Positions 1-10,446 of a stretch of 64,000 bases of DNA are shown one piece after another. The stretch's first letter is position 1, and each line of letters starts with the position of its first letter. Source of the stretch: Planctomycetota bacterium. Lineage in GTDB: Bacteria > Planctomycetota > UBA1135 > UBA2386. Position numbers and translations under genes: made by a program. The stretch spans positions 22,089 to 86,088 of the forward strand of contig JAJFFD010000092.1 of NCBI GenBank assembly GCA_021776805.1, written 5' to 3'. The notes under the pieces are model-generated. The model was not told the DNA's origin and ran no database searches. It saw nothing but the letters and a program-made list of their open reading frames with translations.

Positions 1-2
1 CT

Positions 3-413
3 GCAGTCGTTCGCGAAGAGGCAACACTCGCTCTCTACGAGCTTTCCGGTCCAACTGCCGTGCCCTACTGCCTTGCCGCACTACAAAAGCGCAGCACCGG
101 CGCGGCTCTCTTTGACCCGAGTCCGGAGATGCGCCGCAGCCTGATCCGAATCTGTGGGCAGTTACGTGGTCCGGTGCTGGATCAGTCCTATCCACTGGTG
201 CCTGGAATTCAGGGACCGAGCCCACTCCGCTTTCTTTACGAGACCGCGCACAGTGATCGTGTGGAGGGGCTACGCACCGTCGCCAAAGAGGCGATCTCCT
301 TTTGCACGGGTCGCCCGATCAGCTTTGAGTTGACGGAAATCGACCAAGCCTGGCGGGAGCATATGAATACTCTCGCCGAGACATCCAGAAGCGGCACAGA
401 GGGGGGGCGGTAA
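3..413 (+). CDS. HEAT-repeat-like hypothetical protein, 5'-truncated by window edge
   Basis: Frame of ORF 60..413 is open back to base 3 (AVVREEATLALYELSGPTAVPYCLAAL), a HEAT-like helix pair; stop 3 nt before the next ATG. Confidence 0.55.
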   Translation, partial: AVVREEATLALYELSGPTAVPYCLAALQKRSTGAALFDPSPEMRRSLIRICGQLRGPVLDQSYPLVPGIQGPSPLRFLYETAHSDRVEGLRTVAKEAISFCTGRPISFELTEIDQAWREHMNTLAETSRSGTEGGR

Positions 414-416
414 GCC

Positions 417-1619
417 ATGCGACGTCACCTGGTGTCCGGCATCAAGATTATCCTAGTCATCGCCTTGATGACCTATGTGGCCACATCCATCGAGTGGCGG
501 GACACCTGGCTGATTCGCGGCCCTGACAATCAAGTTCTCGAAAGCCACAGTGGAAGCATTGTCGGTGCATGGGATGGTCCCGAAGTAGATTTCGCGGACG
601 AAGGCAGCGATGCGATTATTCGTGTGCGTCGCGGATCTGAGCAAGACGGCGGAGTGGTTGAGCTCAGTCCGGGCTTTCTCACTTATGTCCGACAGATGGA
701 CCTGTGGTTGTTCCTGCTCGCCACTCTCTGTTACCTGGTCTCGGTGAGTGTCGCTGCCGCCCGTTGGTGGTGGTTGCTGCGAGTCAATGAGCTTCGTGTC
801 AGCCTTGTTGAGGCAGTCCGACTTACCTGGCTCGGCATCTTCTTCAACAACGTTGTGCCGGGACAGACCGGTGGCGACCTCATCAAAGCCCTCTACATCA
901 TGAAGCACTGCCCGGATGGTCGGGTGCCTGCTCTGATGTCGGTGATCGTTGATCGAATTCTCGGTCTGGCCGCCCTGGCTCTATTGGGCGCAGGCGCGGT
1001 TCTCTTCTTCGACGAGTTCTTTGTGATCGCGGTTGGCATTTGGAGCGTGCTTGCCGCGGTCATCCTCATGGGTGTGGTTGCCTTCAGTCGCAGGGTCCGG
1101 AAGCTGATTCGCCTTGATGTGATGATCGCGAAACTCCCGGGGAAGCTGAGTGGAATTCTCTACCGGGTGGATAGAGCTGTCTTCTTCTACCGGGGATTCA
1201 AGCTAGGGATCATCGCCTGCCTGGCAGTGAGTGTGCTTAACCATGTGATGGCGGTTATCAGCATCATTTTGGTTGGCGAGGCCATCGGCGTCGGCATGCC
1301 CCTGGCGAACTATTTCGTGCTCGTGCCGGTGATCAACATTCTTTCAGCTGTGCCCATCGCCCCCAATGGCTGGGGGTGGGGTGAGGCTCTCTTCGGTAAG
1401 CTCTTTGAAATGGGTTCCCCTGAGGGTATCAGCTCTCGCGTAATGCGTACGCGTGGTGTTGCTCTCTCCGTCGTCTATCGGATCATGCTCACGATCCTCT
1501 CACTGCTCGGCGGTCTGGCCGTCTTCTTCGAGCGGGACAGGGTCACTCGCGATGATGTGCAACGCGAGTTGGCCATGGAAGAAGAGGAAGATCAGGGGAA
1601 GAACGAAGACGCGAACTAG
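417..1619 (+). CDS. Lysylphosphatidylglycerol synthase TM-region / UPF0104 flippase-like membrane protein
   Basis: Motifs ARWWWLL, GIFFNNVVPGQTGGDLIK, DRILGL, PIAPNGWGWGE, YRI; multiple TM helices. Confidence 0.85.
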   Translation: MRRHLVSGIKIILVIALMTYVATSIEWRDTWLIRGPDNQVLESHSGSIVGAWDGPEVDFADEGSDAIIRVRRGSEQDGGVVELSPGFLTYVRQMDLWLFLLATLCYLVSVSVAAARWWWLLRVNELRVSLVEAVRLTWLGIFFNNVVPGQTGGDLIKALYIMKHCPDGRVPALMSVIVDRILGLAALALLGAGAVLFFDEFFVIAVGIWSVLAAVILMGVVAFSRRVRKLIRLDVMIAKLPGKLSGILYRVDRAVFFYRGFKLGIIACLAVSVLNHVMAVISIILVGEAIGVGMPLANYFVLVPVINILSAVPIAPNGWGWGEALFGKLFEMGSPEGISSRVMRTRGVALSVVYRIMLTILSLLGGLAVFFERDRVTRDDVQRELAMEEEEDQGKNEDAN

Positions 1620-1668
1620 TGCATTATGTAAACCCTCCCAAACTCGCCCTTCCCACCAAGCAAACATC

Positions 1669-2568
1669 ATGACTCTCCTCGTCGTTGGCTCCACCGCATT
1701 CGATACTGTTGAGACCCCTTATGGCGTGGCGGACCGCTGTCTTGGCGGATCTTCCACCTACTTCAGCCTGGCCGCGGCCATGTTCGCCGACGTGCGCCTC
1801 GTGAGCGTAGTTGGCGAAGACTTCCCAGACGAACATCGCCAGGTGCTGCAGGAGAAGGGTGTCAATCTCGAAGGTCTGGAGGTGAAGCCGGGTAAGACCT
1901 TTACGTGGAGCGGCCGCTACTCCGCGGACATGAATGATCGAGATACGGTCGATGTCCAGCTGAATACCTTTGGCGAGTTCAATCCGAAGGTTCCGGAGTC
2001 CTTTCGCAATAGCCCCTATGTGTTCCTGGCGAACGGCGCCCCGAGCACCCAGGCTTCCGTCCTCGATCAAGTTGAGTCGCCGGTCTTTACCGTTGCCGAC
2101 ACCATGGACCTTTGGATCGAGACCCAGAAGGACGATCTTCTTGCTCTGCTCGAGCGCATTGACGGGCTGATCGTCAATGATCAGGAGATCAAGATGCTCA
2201 CCGGCGAGAGCAATCTCATCCGTGCCGGTCGTCGGGCTTTGGAACTGGGACCCAAGTTGGTCATGGTCAAGAAGGGCGAACACGGTTGCTTCCTCTTCAG
2301 CCATTTCTTCCAGCACGCTCTGCCCGCATATCCCACGGAGGATGTGCGTGATCCAACCGGCGCGGGTGACAGCTTTGCCGGCGGATTCATGGGCTTCCTC
2401 GCCGGCTGCGACAGTCTGAGCCTTTGGAACATGAAGCGGGCCATGGCCTATGGAACGGTGACTGCCAGCCTGACCGTCGAGGCCTTCGGCGTGAATCGTC
2501 TCGCCGAATCGCGCCGTTCTGATGTGGAGCGCCGCTACCAGGAACTGATTCAGTTCGTTTCGATCTAG
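1669..2568 (+). CDS. PfkB family carbohydrate/nucleoside kinase
   Basis: Start re-called at ATG 1669 (MTLLVVGSTAFD); LGGS, VKKGEHG and PfkB signature DPTGAGDSFAGG. Confidence 0.9.
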   Translation: MTLLVVGSTAFDTVETPYGVADRCLGGSSTYFSLAAAMFADVRLVSVVGEDFPDEHRQVLQEKGVNLEGLEVKPGKTFTWSGRYSADMNDRDTVDVQLNTFGEFNPKVPESFRNSPYVFLANGAPSTQASVLDQVESPVFTVADTMDLWIETQKDDLLALLERIDGLIVNDQEIKMLTGESNLIRAGRRALELGPKLVMVKKGEHGCFLFSHFFQHALPAYPTEDVRDPTGAGDSFAGGFMGFLAGCDSLSLWNMKRAMAYGTVTASLTVEAFGVNRLAESRRSDVERRYQELIQFVSI

Positions 2569-2743
2569 GGTCCGGGGCTCCGCCAAGCCTTGGTCGCATG
2601 GAAAATGTTTGGTCTTTGTACGGTTTCCATGTAGCCTTCCCGCTCGGTCAAACACAGTCAGTTGATCGCCGATTCATGGCGGTCCATACAAGAACAAGTC
2701 GCAGCCAAAATAGGCAGATACCAAGCATTCGGGAGGGCAATCG

Positions 2744-3997
2744 ATGAGCGCTAAGTCCAAGAAGAACAAAGGTGTACAACAGGGAGAAGGAGCGCTCGAT
2801 GAAGCCATCCTGTCGATCGAGAAGTCCTACGGCCTGGGCAGCATCATGCGGATGGGGGATGGTCCGGTCGTGCCCATCGATGGCATTGGCACTGGATCAA
2901 TCGGCTTGGACCTGGCAGTCGGCGGGCGAGGTTTCCCTCGTGGCAGGATCATCGAAGTTTACGGTCCGGAGTCTTCCGGTAAGACGACCCTCACCTTGCA
3001 TGTGGTCGCCAACGCGCAACGCAGCGGTGGAATGGCGGCATTTATCGATGCAGAGCACGCTCTCGATCCTCAGTACGCCAAGCGCCTGGGCGTGAACTTG
3101 GAATCACTCCTGATCTCACAGCCAGACAGTGGTGAGCAGGCCCTGGATATCTGCGAAACCCTGATCCGGTCCGGTGCCCTCGATGTCATCGTGATCGATT
3201 CTGTGGCTGCACTCGTGCCCAAGGCCGAGATTGAGGGCGAGATGGGGGACCACTTTGTTGGCTTGCATGCACGCCTGATGAGCCAGGCCATGCGCAAGTT
3301 GACCGCTGCAATCAATCGCACCAATACTTGCCTGATCTTCATCAATCAGATCCGCGAGAAGATCGGTGTCATGTTTGGGAGTCCGGAGACGACCACTGGT
3401 GGCCGGGCGCTGAAGTTCTATTCCTCCGTGCGAATCGACATCCGGCGCATTGGGCAAATCAAGAACGGTGACGTGCCTGTGGGGGCGCGGACCAAGGCAA
3501 CTGTGGTCAAGAACAAGGTGGCTCCCCCCTTCCGCAAGGTAGAATTTGACATCATCTTCAATCAGGGAATCAATTTCCGCGGCGAGCTTGTCGATATGGG
3601 CGTGGATGCAGGGGTCATCAAGCGCAGCGGTACTTGGCTTAGCTATGGAGATCAGCGGCTGGGGCAGGGTCGTGATCGGGCCTGCGCTTTCCTAGCCGAA
3701 AACCCGGAGATGACCGCCGACATCAAGCGGCAGGTCTTCGAGAAGGTCGCTCCCGAGCTTCTTTCTGCCGACGGCGCGAAGCCGCCGGGCAAGGCGGAAA
3801 CCGCGGGGGCTGATGAGGGCCAGGGAAAGACCCCGCATGCACCTGGAGCATCGAAGGGCTCCCCTGGAGTGTCCAAGAATGGAGAGCCTGCCGCCGGGAC
3901 GTCTGGAAGCCCGGCAACTAGGAAGGCAGGCCTTTCGCGAAAGGTCCCGGCAGCTGGCGGGAGCAGAGGCGGGGCAGCTCGGGGCGCCGGTCTCTAG
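2744..3997 (+). CDS. recA: Recombinase RecA with long low-complexity C-terminal tail
   Basis: GPESSGKTT Walker [45 protein letters not shown]. Confidence 0.99.
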   Translation: MSAKSKKNKGVQQGEGALDEAILSIEKSYGLGSIMRMGDGPVVPIDGIGTGSIGLDLAVGGRGFPRGRIIEVYGPESSGKTTLTLHVVANAQRSGGMAAFIDAEHALDPQYAKRLGVNLESLLISQPDSGEQALDICETLIRSGALDVIVIDSVAALVPKAEIEGEMGDHFVGLHARLMSQAMRKLTAAINRTNTCLIFINQIREKIGVMFGSPETTTGGRALKFYSSVRIDIRRIGQIKNGDVPVGARTKATVVKNKVAPPFRKVEFDIIFNQGINFRGELVDMGVDAGVIKRSGTWLSYGDQRLGQGRDRACAFLAENPEMTADIKRQVFEKVAPELLSADGAKPPGKAETAGADEGQGKTPHAPGASKGSPGVSKNGEPAAGTSGSPATRKAGLSRKVPAAGGSRGGAARGAGL

Positions 3998-4195
3998 AGA
4001 GCAGGCCGTTTCGCTCGAGAGAGGCTTCTCGGTGTAAGGGGCAGGATTCTCGGCGGGGCTGATAGGCCCCTTCGCCAGAGATGGTCTCTGGGCGGGAAAA
4101 GCAGGTCGTCGTCAGCGGCTGATTCCGCACGGAGGACATTGTCGACCGGCAGACTCTCGCCATGCGGGGGTCGATCGGGCATCTTTAGCGGCCCC

Positions 4196-6853
4196 ATGAA
4201 GCCCCTTCCTGCAGCAGAGATTCGCGAGCGCTTCTTGAAGTTCTTCGAGGAGCGAGGGCATGCTCGCATGCCTTCCGATTCTCTGGTTCCCAGCAATGAT
4301 CCAACTCTGCTCTTTACAGGAGCGGGCATGAATCAGTTCAAGGACATGTTCTTGGGTAAGGGAGCCTTGCCATACAAGCGTGTCACCACCGCGCAGAAAT
4401 GCTTGCGAGTTCCCGATCTGGAGAATGTCGGAGCCACAGCTCGCCACCACACCTTCTTTGAGATGTTGGGCAACTTCTCATTCGGCGACTACTTCAAGCA
4501 AGACTGCATCCGTTGGGAATGGCAGTTCTTTACTGAGGAGTTAGGGATCCGGGAGGAGAACCTGGTTGTCACGGTCTACCAAGACGATGACGAGGCGGCT
4601 CGCATCTGGCAGGAAGAGATTGGTTTGGACAAGGCCAAGATCTTTCGCTTCGGGGAGAAAGAGAATTTTTGGCCAGCGGAGGCTCCGAGCAAGGGGCCCA
4701 ATGGTCCCTGCGGTCCCTGCTCTGAGATCTACTATGACAATTCTCCAGGCCAGGCCTATCCAGAGCAGGAGGGTCTAACGGAGCTTCCAGAGGATCGATT
4801 CACCGAGATCGGAAACTGCGTGTTCACCGAATTCAATCGCCAGGAGAGTGGCGAACTGGAGCCCCTGCCGCAGAAGAACATCGATGTCGGTCTTGGTCTC
4901 GAACGGATCACGGCGGTGCTTGCAGGCGTCGACACCAATTTCGAAACCGACCTCTTCCGGCCCTTCATCGCTGAACTCGAAAAGCGCAGCGGCAAGACCT
5001 ACGGCAAGGACCCCGCTGATGACGTGCGCTTGCGCCGTATCAGTGATCATCTTCGGGCAGTTGTCTTCTGCATCGCTGACGGTGCTCTGCCTAGCAATGA
5101 GGGTCGGGGCTATGTAGTGCGCAAGATCCTTCGGCGTGCTGCCCGTGATGGCTTTGACCTTGGCATAGAATCGGCCTTTCTGCATGAGATGGTTGATCTA
5201 GTGGCTTCGGTAATGGGGGACGCCTACCCGGAGGTTCGAGAGCACGCCGCCCAATGTCGTTCGATCATGAAGGGCGAGGAACAGGGCTTTGCCCAGGTCT
5301 ATGGGCAGGGGATGAAGCGCTTGGAGGAAGCGATCGGCGCTCTGCCCTCCGGTGAGGCTCTACAGGAGAGTGGTGAGTTTGCTTTCCAGCTCCACGACAC
5401 CCATGGCTTCCCAGTGGACATAACAAGGCAGATCCTCGCAGAGCGTGGTCTAGAGCTCGATGAGTCTGGGTTCAACGTTGCGATGGAGGCCCAAAAGACC
5501 CGGGCGCGAGCGGCTTCGGCTACCTCGGAGGATGTCTTCGCCGGGCATGTTGGTGTGAGCCTACGCGACTCTGGAATCAAGGCGACAGGTTTCGTCGGCT
5601 ATGAGGAGCTGACTTGCACTGCGCAGGTCATGGCGATCCTCGATAAGAAGGACAAACTTCTGGATCGAGCCGAAGCCGGCGATCGCGTCCGTGTTGTCTT
5701 TGATCGTAGCCCTTGCTATGCCCAAGGCGGCGGACAGCTTGGGGATCGGGGATGGTTCCGGAGTAGCGCGGCCCAGGCGGCGATTTCGAACACGAGTTCT
5801 GTTGACGGCTTCTACTTGCATGAGCTTGAAGTCCGCGAAGGCAGATTGAGCCCAGGCCAAGAAGGGACGCTGGTGGTTGATGAATCAGCTCGGCGAGCAA
5901 CCGAAAAGAATCACACCGCCACGCACCTCTTGCACGCGGCGCTAAAGAACAATCTGGGAACACATGTGAGTCAGGCTGGATCTGAAGTTGCGCCGGAACG
6001 ACTACGCTTCGACTACACCCATGGCGAGCGACTGAGCAACGAGCAGATTGCTGTCATCGAAGATGAGGTCAACGGCGAAATCATGCGCGCTAAGCCTGTG
6101 GTCGCAAGAATACGTGGACTCCTCGAGGCCAAGGAAGCCGGGTTTGTAGCGATGTTCGGCGAGAAATACGGCGACCAAGTTCGGACTCTAAGCGTTGGGG
6201 AATACAGCCGAGAACTCTGTGGCGGAACCCATGTCGGTAATTCGGGAATGATCGGCAGCTTCCGCATTCTCTCGGATTCTGCCATCAGTGCGGGTACCCG
6301 GCGAATTGAGGCGATTACAGGTGAAGTCGCCGCTCGTGTTGCGAGGGAGGAGCAGCGCAGCCTCCAGGGCATTGCCGCTGCTATGAAGATTCCGGTCTCC
6401 GAAGTGCAGAAGAAGGTTCTGGATGGCCTGGACGAAACCAAGCGTCTGCGGCGCGAGCTCGCGAAGGCAACTGCCGCAGACGTGGGTGCCATTCTCGAAG
6501 ATCTGAGGAAGTCCGTCCGTTCCGTCGGGGAAGCCCAGGTGTTGGTACTGGAAGTCTCCGGACTGGAGCCCAGGGAGCTTCAGGATCTGCTCTCTCGGGC
6601 CAGCAAGAGCCTCGCGCCCTTTGCAGGCGTAGTCTTCGTGCCGAGTGATGCTGGGGTTCTGGTTGCTGCCGCTGTCGATCCCCAGCTACACGGGAAGCTC
6701 AAAGCGGGGGACTTGGTCAAAGCGGTTACCTCAGTTCTCGGCGGAGGTGGTGGTGGACGGCCGGAAATGGCACAGGGCAAGGGGCGTGACCCAAGCAAGC
6801 TGCCCGAGGCGAAGAGCTTGGCCGAGTCCATGCTCCTTGAGGCAGGGTTCTAA
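4196..6853 (+). CDS. alaS: Alanine--tRNA ligase
   Basis: DPTLLFTGAGMNQFK, HHTFFEMLGNFSFGDYFK, editing motifs HTATHLLH and ELCGGTH, C-terminal GGGGG; start ATG 4196 (MKPLPAAEIRERF). Confidence 0.98.
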   Translation: MKPLPAAEIRERFLKFFEERGHARMPSDSLVPSNDPTLLFTGAGMNQFKDMFLGKGALPYKRVTTAQKCLRVPDLENVGATARHHTFFEMLGNFSFGDYFKQDCIRWEWQFFTEELGIREENLVVTVYQDDDEAARIWQEEIGLDKAKIFRFGEKENFWPAEAPSKGPNGPCGPCSEIYYDNSPGQAYPEQEGLTELPEDRFTEIGNCVFTEFNRQESGELEPLPQKNIDVGLGLERITAVLAGVDTNFETDLFRPFIAELEKRSGKTYGKDPADDVRLRRISDHLRAVVFCIADGALPSNEGRGYVVRKILRRAARDGFDLGIESAFLHEMVDLVASVMGDAYPEVREHAAQCRSIMKGEEQGFAQVYGQGMKRLEEAIGALPSGEALQESGEFAFQLHDTHGFPVDITRQILAERGLELDESGFNVAMEAQKTRARAASATSEDVFAGHVGVSLRDSGIKATGFVGYEELTCTAQVMAILDKKDKLLDRAEAGDRVRVVFDRSPCYAQGGGQLGDRGWFRSSAAQAAISNTSSVDGFYLHELEVREGRLSPGQEGTLVVDESARRATEKNHTATHLLHAALKNNLGTHVSQAGSEVAPERLRFDYTHGERLSNEQIAVIEDEVNGEIMRAKPVVARIRGLLEAKEAGFVAMFGEKYGDQVRTLSVGEYSRELCGGTHVGNSGMIGSFRILSDSAISAGTRRIEAITGEVAARVAREEQRSLQGIAAAMKIPVSEVQKKVLDGLDETKRLRRELAKATAADVGAILEDLRKSVRSVGEAQVLVLEVSGLEPRELQDLLSRASKSLAPFAGVVFVPSDAGVLVAAAVDPQLHGKLKAGDLVKAVTSVLGGGGGGRPEMAQGKGRDPSKLPEAKSLAESMLLEAGF

Positions 6854-6879
6854 TCCGCCTCGAATCTACATGGTGATAA

Positions 6880-6900
6880 TACGGTAGGCCGTAGTTTTTT
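6880..6900 (+). terminator. Possible intrinsic terminator after alaS
   Basis: TACGG-tagg-CCGTA hairpin followed by gTTTTTT. Confidence 0.5.
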
Positions 6901-6936
6901 CTTCCCAGACGCCATGCTGAAGCCAGGGGACTGAGA

Positions 6937-6964
6937 TTGACTTCGCAGCGAGCAAGCGTAGAGT
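6937..6964 (+). promoter_or_regulatory. Candidate sigma70 promoter for the rpmF-plsX-fab operon
   Basis: TTGACT-16 nt-TAGAGT, ending about 65 nt upstream of rpmF. Confidence 0.4.
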
Positions 6965-7029
6965 CCCCCCTTCATTGGCCCATCAGGTACGCTGAATAGC
7001 GGCCTTTCCGCCCTAGACCGACTCTAGCC

Positions 7030-7212
7030 ATGGCAAATCCGAAGCGCCGCATCAGCCCGGCCCGTCGCGGTAACAAGCGCGCGCACCAGAAATTGCGAGC
7101 TATCCAGCTGGTTCGCTGCAGCAACTGCGGCAGCAGTATCAGGCCCCATCACATATGCCCCTCCTGTGGTTTCTACCGCGGGAAGCAGATGATTGTCGGT
7201 GAGAGCGCCTGA
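7030..7212 (+). CDS. rpmF: 50S ribosomal protein L32 (Zn-ribbon form)
   Basis: MANPKRRIS..RR..RAH, CSNCG..HHICPSCGFYRGK; canonical position before plsX. Confidence 0.97.
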   Translation: MANPKRRISPARRGNKRAHQKLRAIQLVRCSNCGSSIRPHHICPSCGFYRGKQMIVGESA

Positions 7213-7305
7213 CGCACGAGTGCCTTCTTCTGCATTCTCCCGGACACCGGTGCTGAATTGGGTTCTGATTAAGGTTCTCAAGAGGAACTCGAAAGAGGAT
7301 CTAGA

Positions 7306-8310
7306 TTGATCAAGGTCGCACTGGATGCAATGGGGGGCGACCATGCCCCGGATACGGTGATTGATGGTGCTCGTCTTGCCGTCGAGAAGGGTTATCTCGA
7401 GCCCGAGCAGCTCGTTCTCGTCGGGAGAGAGCGCGATCTCGCCCAGAGCTTGTCAGCCCTTGGCATTCAGGGAATGACCATCGTCGATGCTCCTGATGAA
7501 CTTGTTGCTGGCGGTTCACCGATGGAAGCGATGAAGAGGAGCCCCCGGAACAGCATTTTTGTTGGCCTGGAGCTGGTCAAGAAGGGTGCCGCTGACGCTT
7601 TTGTGAGCGCAGGTAACACGGGCTTGGTAGTGGCCAGCGCCACTCTTGGCTTGCGTTGTCTCGAAGGCATTCGGAGGCCTGGCATCGCAGTTACCCTGCG
7701 ATCAGAAAGTGGGCCATGTGTGGTCGTCGATGTTGGGGCGAACCCACACGCCAAGGCCAGGCATTTGCTCAGTTACGCCATCATGGGATCGGCGTACTTT
7801 CATGATCTCTTCAAGAAGGATCTTCCCCGAGTCGGCATGTTGAACATTGGGTCGGAAGATCAGAAGGGCAACTCCCTGGTTCGGGAGGCCGGCGACCTGC
7901 TCAAGGAAGCGGAGCTCAACTTCGAATTCGTCGGCAACGTTGAGGGCGTCGATATTTTCGGTGGGGCCTGCGACGTCGTAGTCTGCGACGGTTTTACAGG
8001 CAATGTGCTCTTGAAGTCCTGTGAAGGGGTGGCTGAGTACCTGCTTCGCTCCACAATCCGACTTCTCAAAGAAAACGACGCCCCGGCGGATCTGATGCAG
8101 AGGGTCGTTGGGCCATTGACGCAAGAAGTTGATTTTTCTGAGTATGGCGGTGCTCTCCTTCTAGGTGTCGAAGGCATCGTTACCATCTGTCATGGCCGCT
8201 CTGAGGGCCAGGCCATATGCAACGCAGCCAGATTTGCTGCGAAGGCTGTCGGTGCGAGAGTTAACGAGCACATCACCAATGCAGCCAAGGCTGCTTCAGC
8301 GGCCTCATGA
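7306..8310 (+). CDS. plsX: Phosphate acyltransferase PlsX
   Basis: ALDAMGGDHAP, VSAGNTG, LNIGSEDQKG, VVCDGFTGNVLLK, GGALLLG, HGRS. Confidence 0.97.
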   Translation: MIKVALDAMGGDHAPDTVIDGARLAVEKGYLEPEQLVLVGRERDLAQSLSALGIQGMTIVDAPDELVAGGSPMEAMKRSPRNSIFVGLELVKKGAADAFVSAGNTGLVVASATLGLRCLEGIRRPGIAVTLRSESGPCVVVDVGANPHAKARHLLSYAIMGSAYFHDLFKKDLPRVGMLNIGSEDQKGNSLVREAGDLLKEAELNFEFVGNVEGVDIFGGACDVVVCDGFTGNVLLKSCEGVAEYLLRSTIRLLKENDAPADLMQRVVGPLTQEVDFSEYGGALLLGVEGIVTICHGRSEGQAICNAARFAAKAVGARVNEHITNAAKAASAAS

Positions 8311-8326
8311 ACCATAGGAGATATGC

Positions 8327-9316
8327 ATGATGGGGCTCCGGAAGGTCGGCATCGCTGGTCTCGGCAAGTATCTCCCTGATGGCCGTATCACCAATGCGGA
8401 TCTCGAATCGTTGGTAGAAACGACTGACGAGTGGATCGTACAGCGGACGGGGATCCGTGAGCGCCGGAAGGCTGGTGAGAACGAGCTGACCAGCGACATG
8501 GCGGCAAAGGCCGCAACTGCTGCTCTTGCCGACGCGGGAATCGCTGGCGACGAGGTAGACCTGGTCATCTGCTGCACGGTTACGCCAGATCAGCCATTCC
8601 CGGCGACCGCTTGCACGATCAGTGAGCTAATTGGCGCCAAGCGTGCCGGGGCCTGGGACCTGGTAGCAGCCTGTAGTGGTTGGGTCTTCGGGTCTCAGGT
8701 GGCCGCGCAGTTCATAGCCACTGGCACCTTCGACTGCGTGGTGGTCATAGGCGTTGAGAAGTTGACGACTGTGCTTGACTACAGCGATCGAGAGACCTGC
8801 GTGCTCTTTGGCGATGGCGCGGGCGCGGCGGTTTTCACTAGCCACGAGCGTGCTGGTCAAGGTGAGTATCTCGGCGGGACTATCGGTACCGAGGGGCAGA
8901 ACGAGGAAGTCCTCTGTATTCCAGGAGGCGGTACGCGCTACCCAACCAGTCATGAGAGCGTGGAGAAGCATCTGCACGCCATTCGTATGGGCGGCAAGAA
9001 GGTCTACCGATTCGCTGTGAAGACCCTGGTGGACCTCGTCGAGACCGCGATTGCTGACTATGGCATCGACGAGCTCGGGCTGGTTGTTCCACACCAGGTC
9101 AATCAACGAATCATCGAGTCCGCGGCAGACAAGCTCGGTCTCTCCGTCGACAAGATCGTGGTCAACATCGACAAGTATGGAAATACATCGGCGGCTTCAG
9201 TCCCGATCGCCCTCTGCGAAGCTCGAGACGACGATCGTCTAGAGAAGGGCAAACTCATATGTATGCCAGCCTTCGGCGCCGGCATGTCCTGGGGCCAAAT
9301 CTCAGTGAGGTGGTAG
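8327..9316 (+). CDS. fabH: 3-oxoacyl-ACP synthase III
   Basis: WIVQRTGIRERR, catalytic Cys in AACSG, LFGDGAGA, HQVN, GNTSAAS. Confidence 0.97.
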   Translation: MMGLRKVGIAGLGKYLPDGRITNADLESLVETTDEWIVQRTGIRERRKAGENELTSDMAAKAATAALADAGIAGDEVDLVICCTVTPDQPFPATACTISELIGAKRAGAWDLVAACSGWVFGSQVAAQFIATGTFDCVVVIGVEKLTTVLDYSDRETCVLFGDGAGAAVFTSHERAGQGEYLGGTIGTEGQNEEVLCIPGGGTRYPTSHESVEKHLHAIRMGGKKVYRFAVKTLVDLVETAIADYGIDELGLVVPHQVNQRIIESAADKLGLSVDKIVVNIDKYGNTSAASVPIALCEARDDDRLEKGKLICMPAFGAGMSWGQISVRW

Positions 9317-9317
9317 G

Positions 9318-10061
9318 GTGAGTGACGAGCTGAAGGGTAAGCGTGCTTTGGTGACCGGAGCCTCTCGAGGGATTGGTCGTGCCATTGCCGTCGATTTGGC
9401 TGCAAAGGGCGCAATGGTCTATTGCCTCTCGACTCGCGAAGGAGGCTGCGATGAAGCGGTCGCGGCCTGCAAGGAGGCCGGTGGTTTGGCCTCTGCGCTC
9501 GGCGCGGATGTATCGGATGGGGCACAGGTCGCGGCGATTGCTGAGACCGTCCTCGCGGACGGAGCTCTGGATATCCTGGTCAACAATGCCGGTATCACTC
9601 GGGACGGGCTCTTCATGCGGATGAGCGAGGAAGACTTCGACTCTGTCATTGCGACCAACTTGAAGGGCAGCTTTCTGCTGTGCAGAGCTTTTGCCCGGTC
9701 AATGGCGAAGGCGGGATCGGCCCGTATCGTTAACATTAGCTCCGTCGTGGGAGTCATCGGAAACCCTGGCCAGGCAAACTATTCGGCCAGCAAGGCTGGG
9801 CTCATCGGCCTGAGCAAGTCTTTGGCCAAGGAGTTCGGTGGGCGCGGCATGACCGTCAATGTGGTCGCGCCGGGCTTCATCGAGACCGATATGACGGCAG
9901 ATCTCTCCGAAAAGATGCGCTCGGAGACCACAGCCAACATCACCCTGGGACGTCTGGGAAAACCCGAGGATATCTCCGCAGTGGTGACCTTTCTCTGCAG
10001 TCCATCTGGTGCCTACATCACGGGTCAGGTTCTTGTGGTGGATGGAGGCCTGAGTCTGTAG
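9318..10061 (+). CDS. fabG: 3-oxoacyl-ACP reductase
   Basis: TGASRGIG, LVNNAGITRD, YSASK, VAPGFIETDMT; fab cluster context. Confidence 0.97.
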   Translation: MSDELKGKRALVTGASRGIGRAIAVDLAAKGAMVYCLSTREGGCDEAVAACKEAGGLASALGADVSDGAQVAAIAETVLADGALDILVNNAGITRDGLFMRMSEEDFDSVIATNLKGSFLLCRAFARSMAKAGSARIVNISSVVGVIGNPGQANYSASKAGLIGLSKSLAKEFGGRGMTVNVVAPGFIETDMTADLSEKMRSETTANITLGRLGKPEDISAVVTFLCSPSGAYITGQVLVVDGGLSL

Positions 10062-10167
10062 TTTTGCGAACTTCGGAGGATTCTCCTCGTCGTCCTTGCG
10101 CGCCAAGGCTTGAGAGGATCCCATTCCCCCTGTCATAAACCATCGATACCCTCGGAGGGGTCGAGCC

Positions 10168-10410
10168 GTGTCGGATACCGATACCGTCGAACAAAAAGTC
10201 CTGAATATCGTCTGCGAGCAACTCGGCACTAGCCGGGACAAAGTCTCTGCAGAAACCTCCTTCATCAACGATCTTGGAGCAGATTCACTGGATACCGTTG
10301 AGTTGGTCATGGAGTTCGAAGATGAATTCCAGATCAACATCCCCGACGAGGATGCTGAGAAGATCCAGTCGGTCGGTGATGCGGTGAAGTACATCAAAGA
10401 GAAGCTCTGA
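10168..10410 (+). CDS. acpP: Acyl carrier protein
   Basis: [20 protein letters not shown]. Confidence 0.98.
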   Translation: MSDTDTVEQKVLNIVCEQLGTSRDKVSAETSFINDLGADSLDTVELVMEFEDEFQINIPDEDAEKIQSVGDAVKYIKEKL

Positions 10411-10446
10411 GCTTTTCGGGGTTGTACACAGCTCTGCCGCTCCAAC

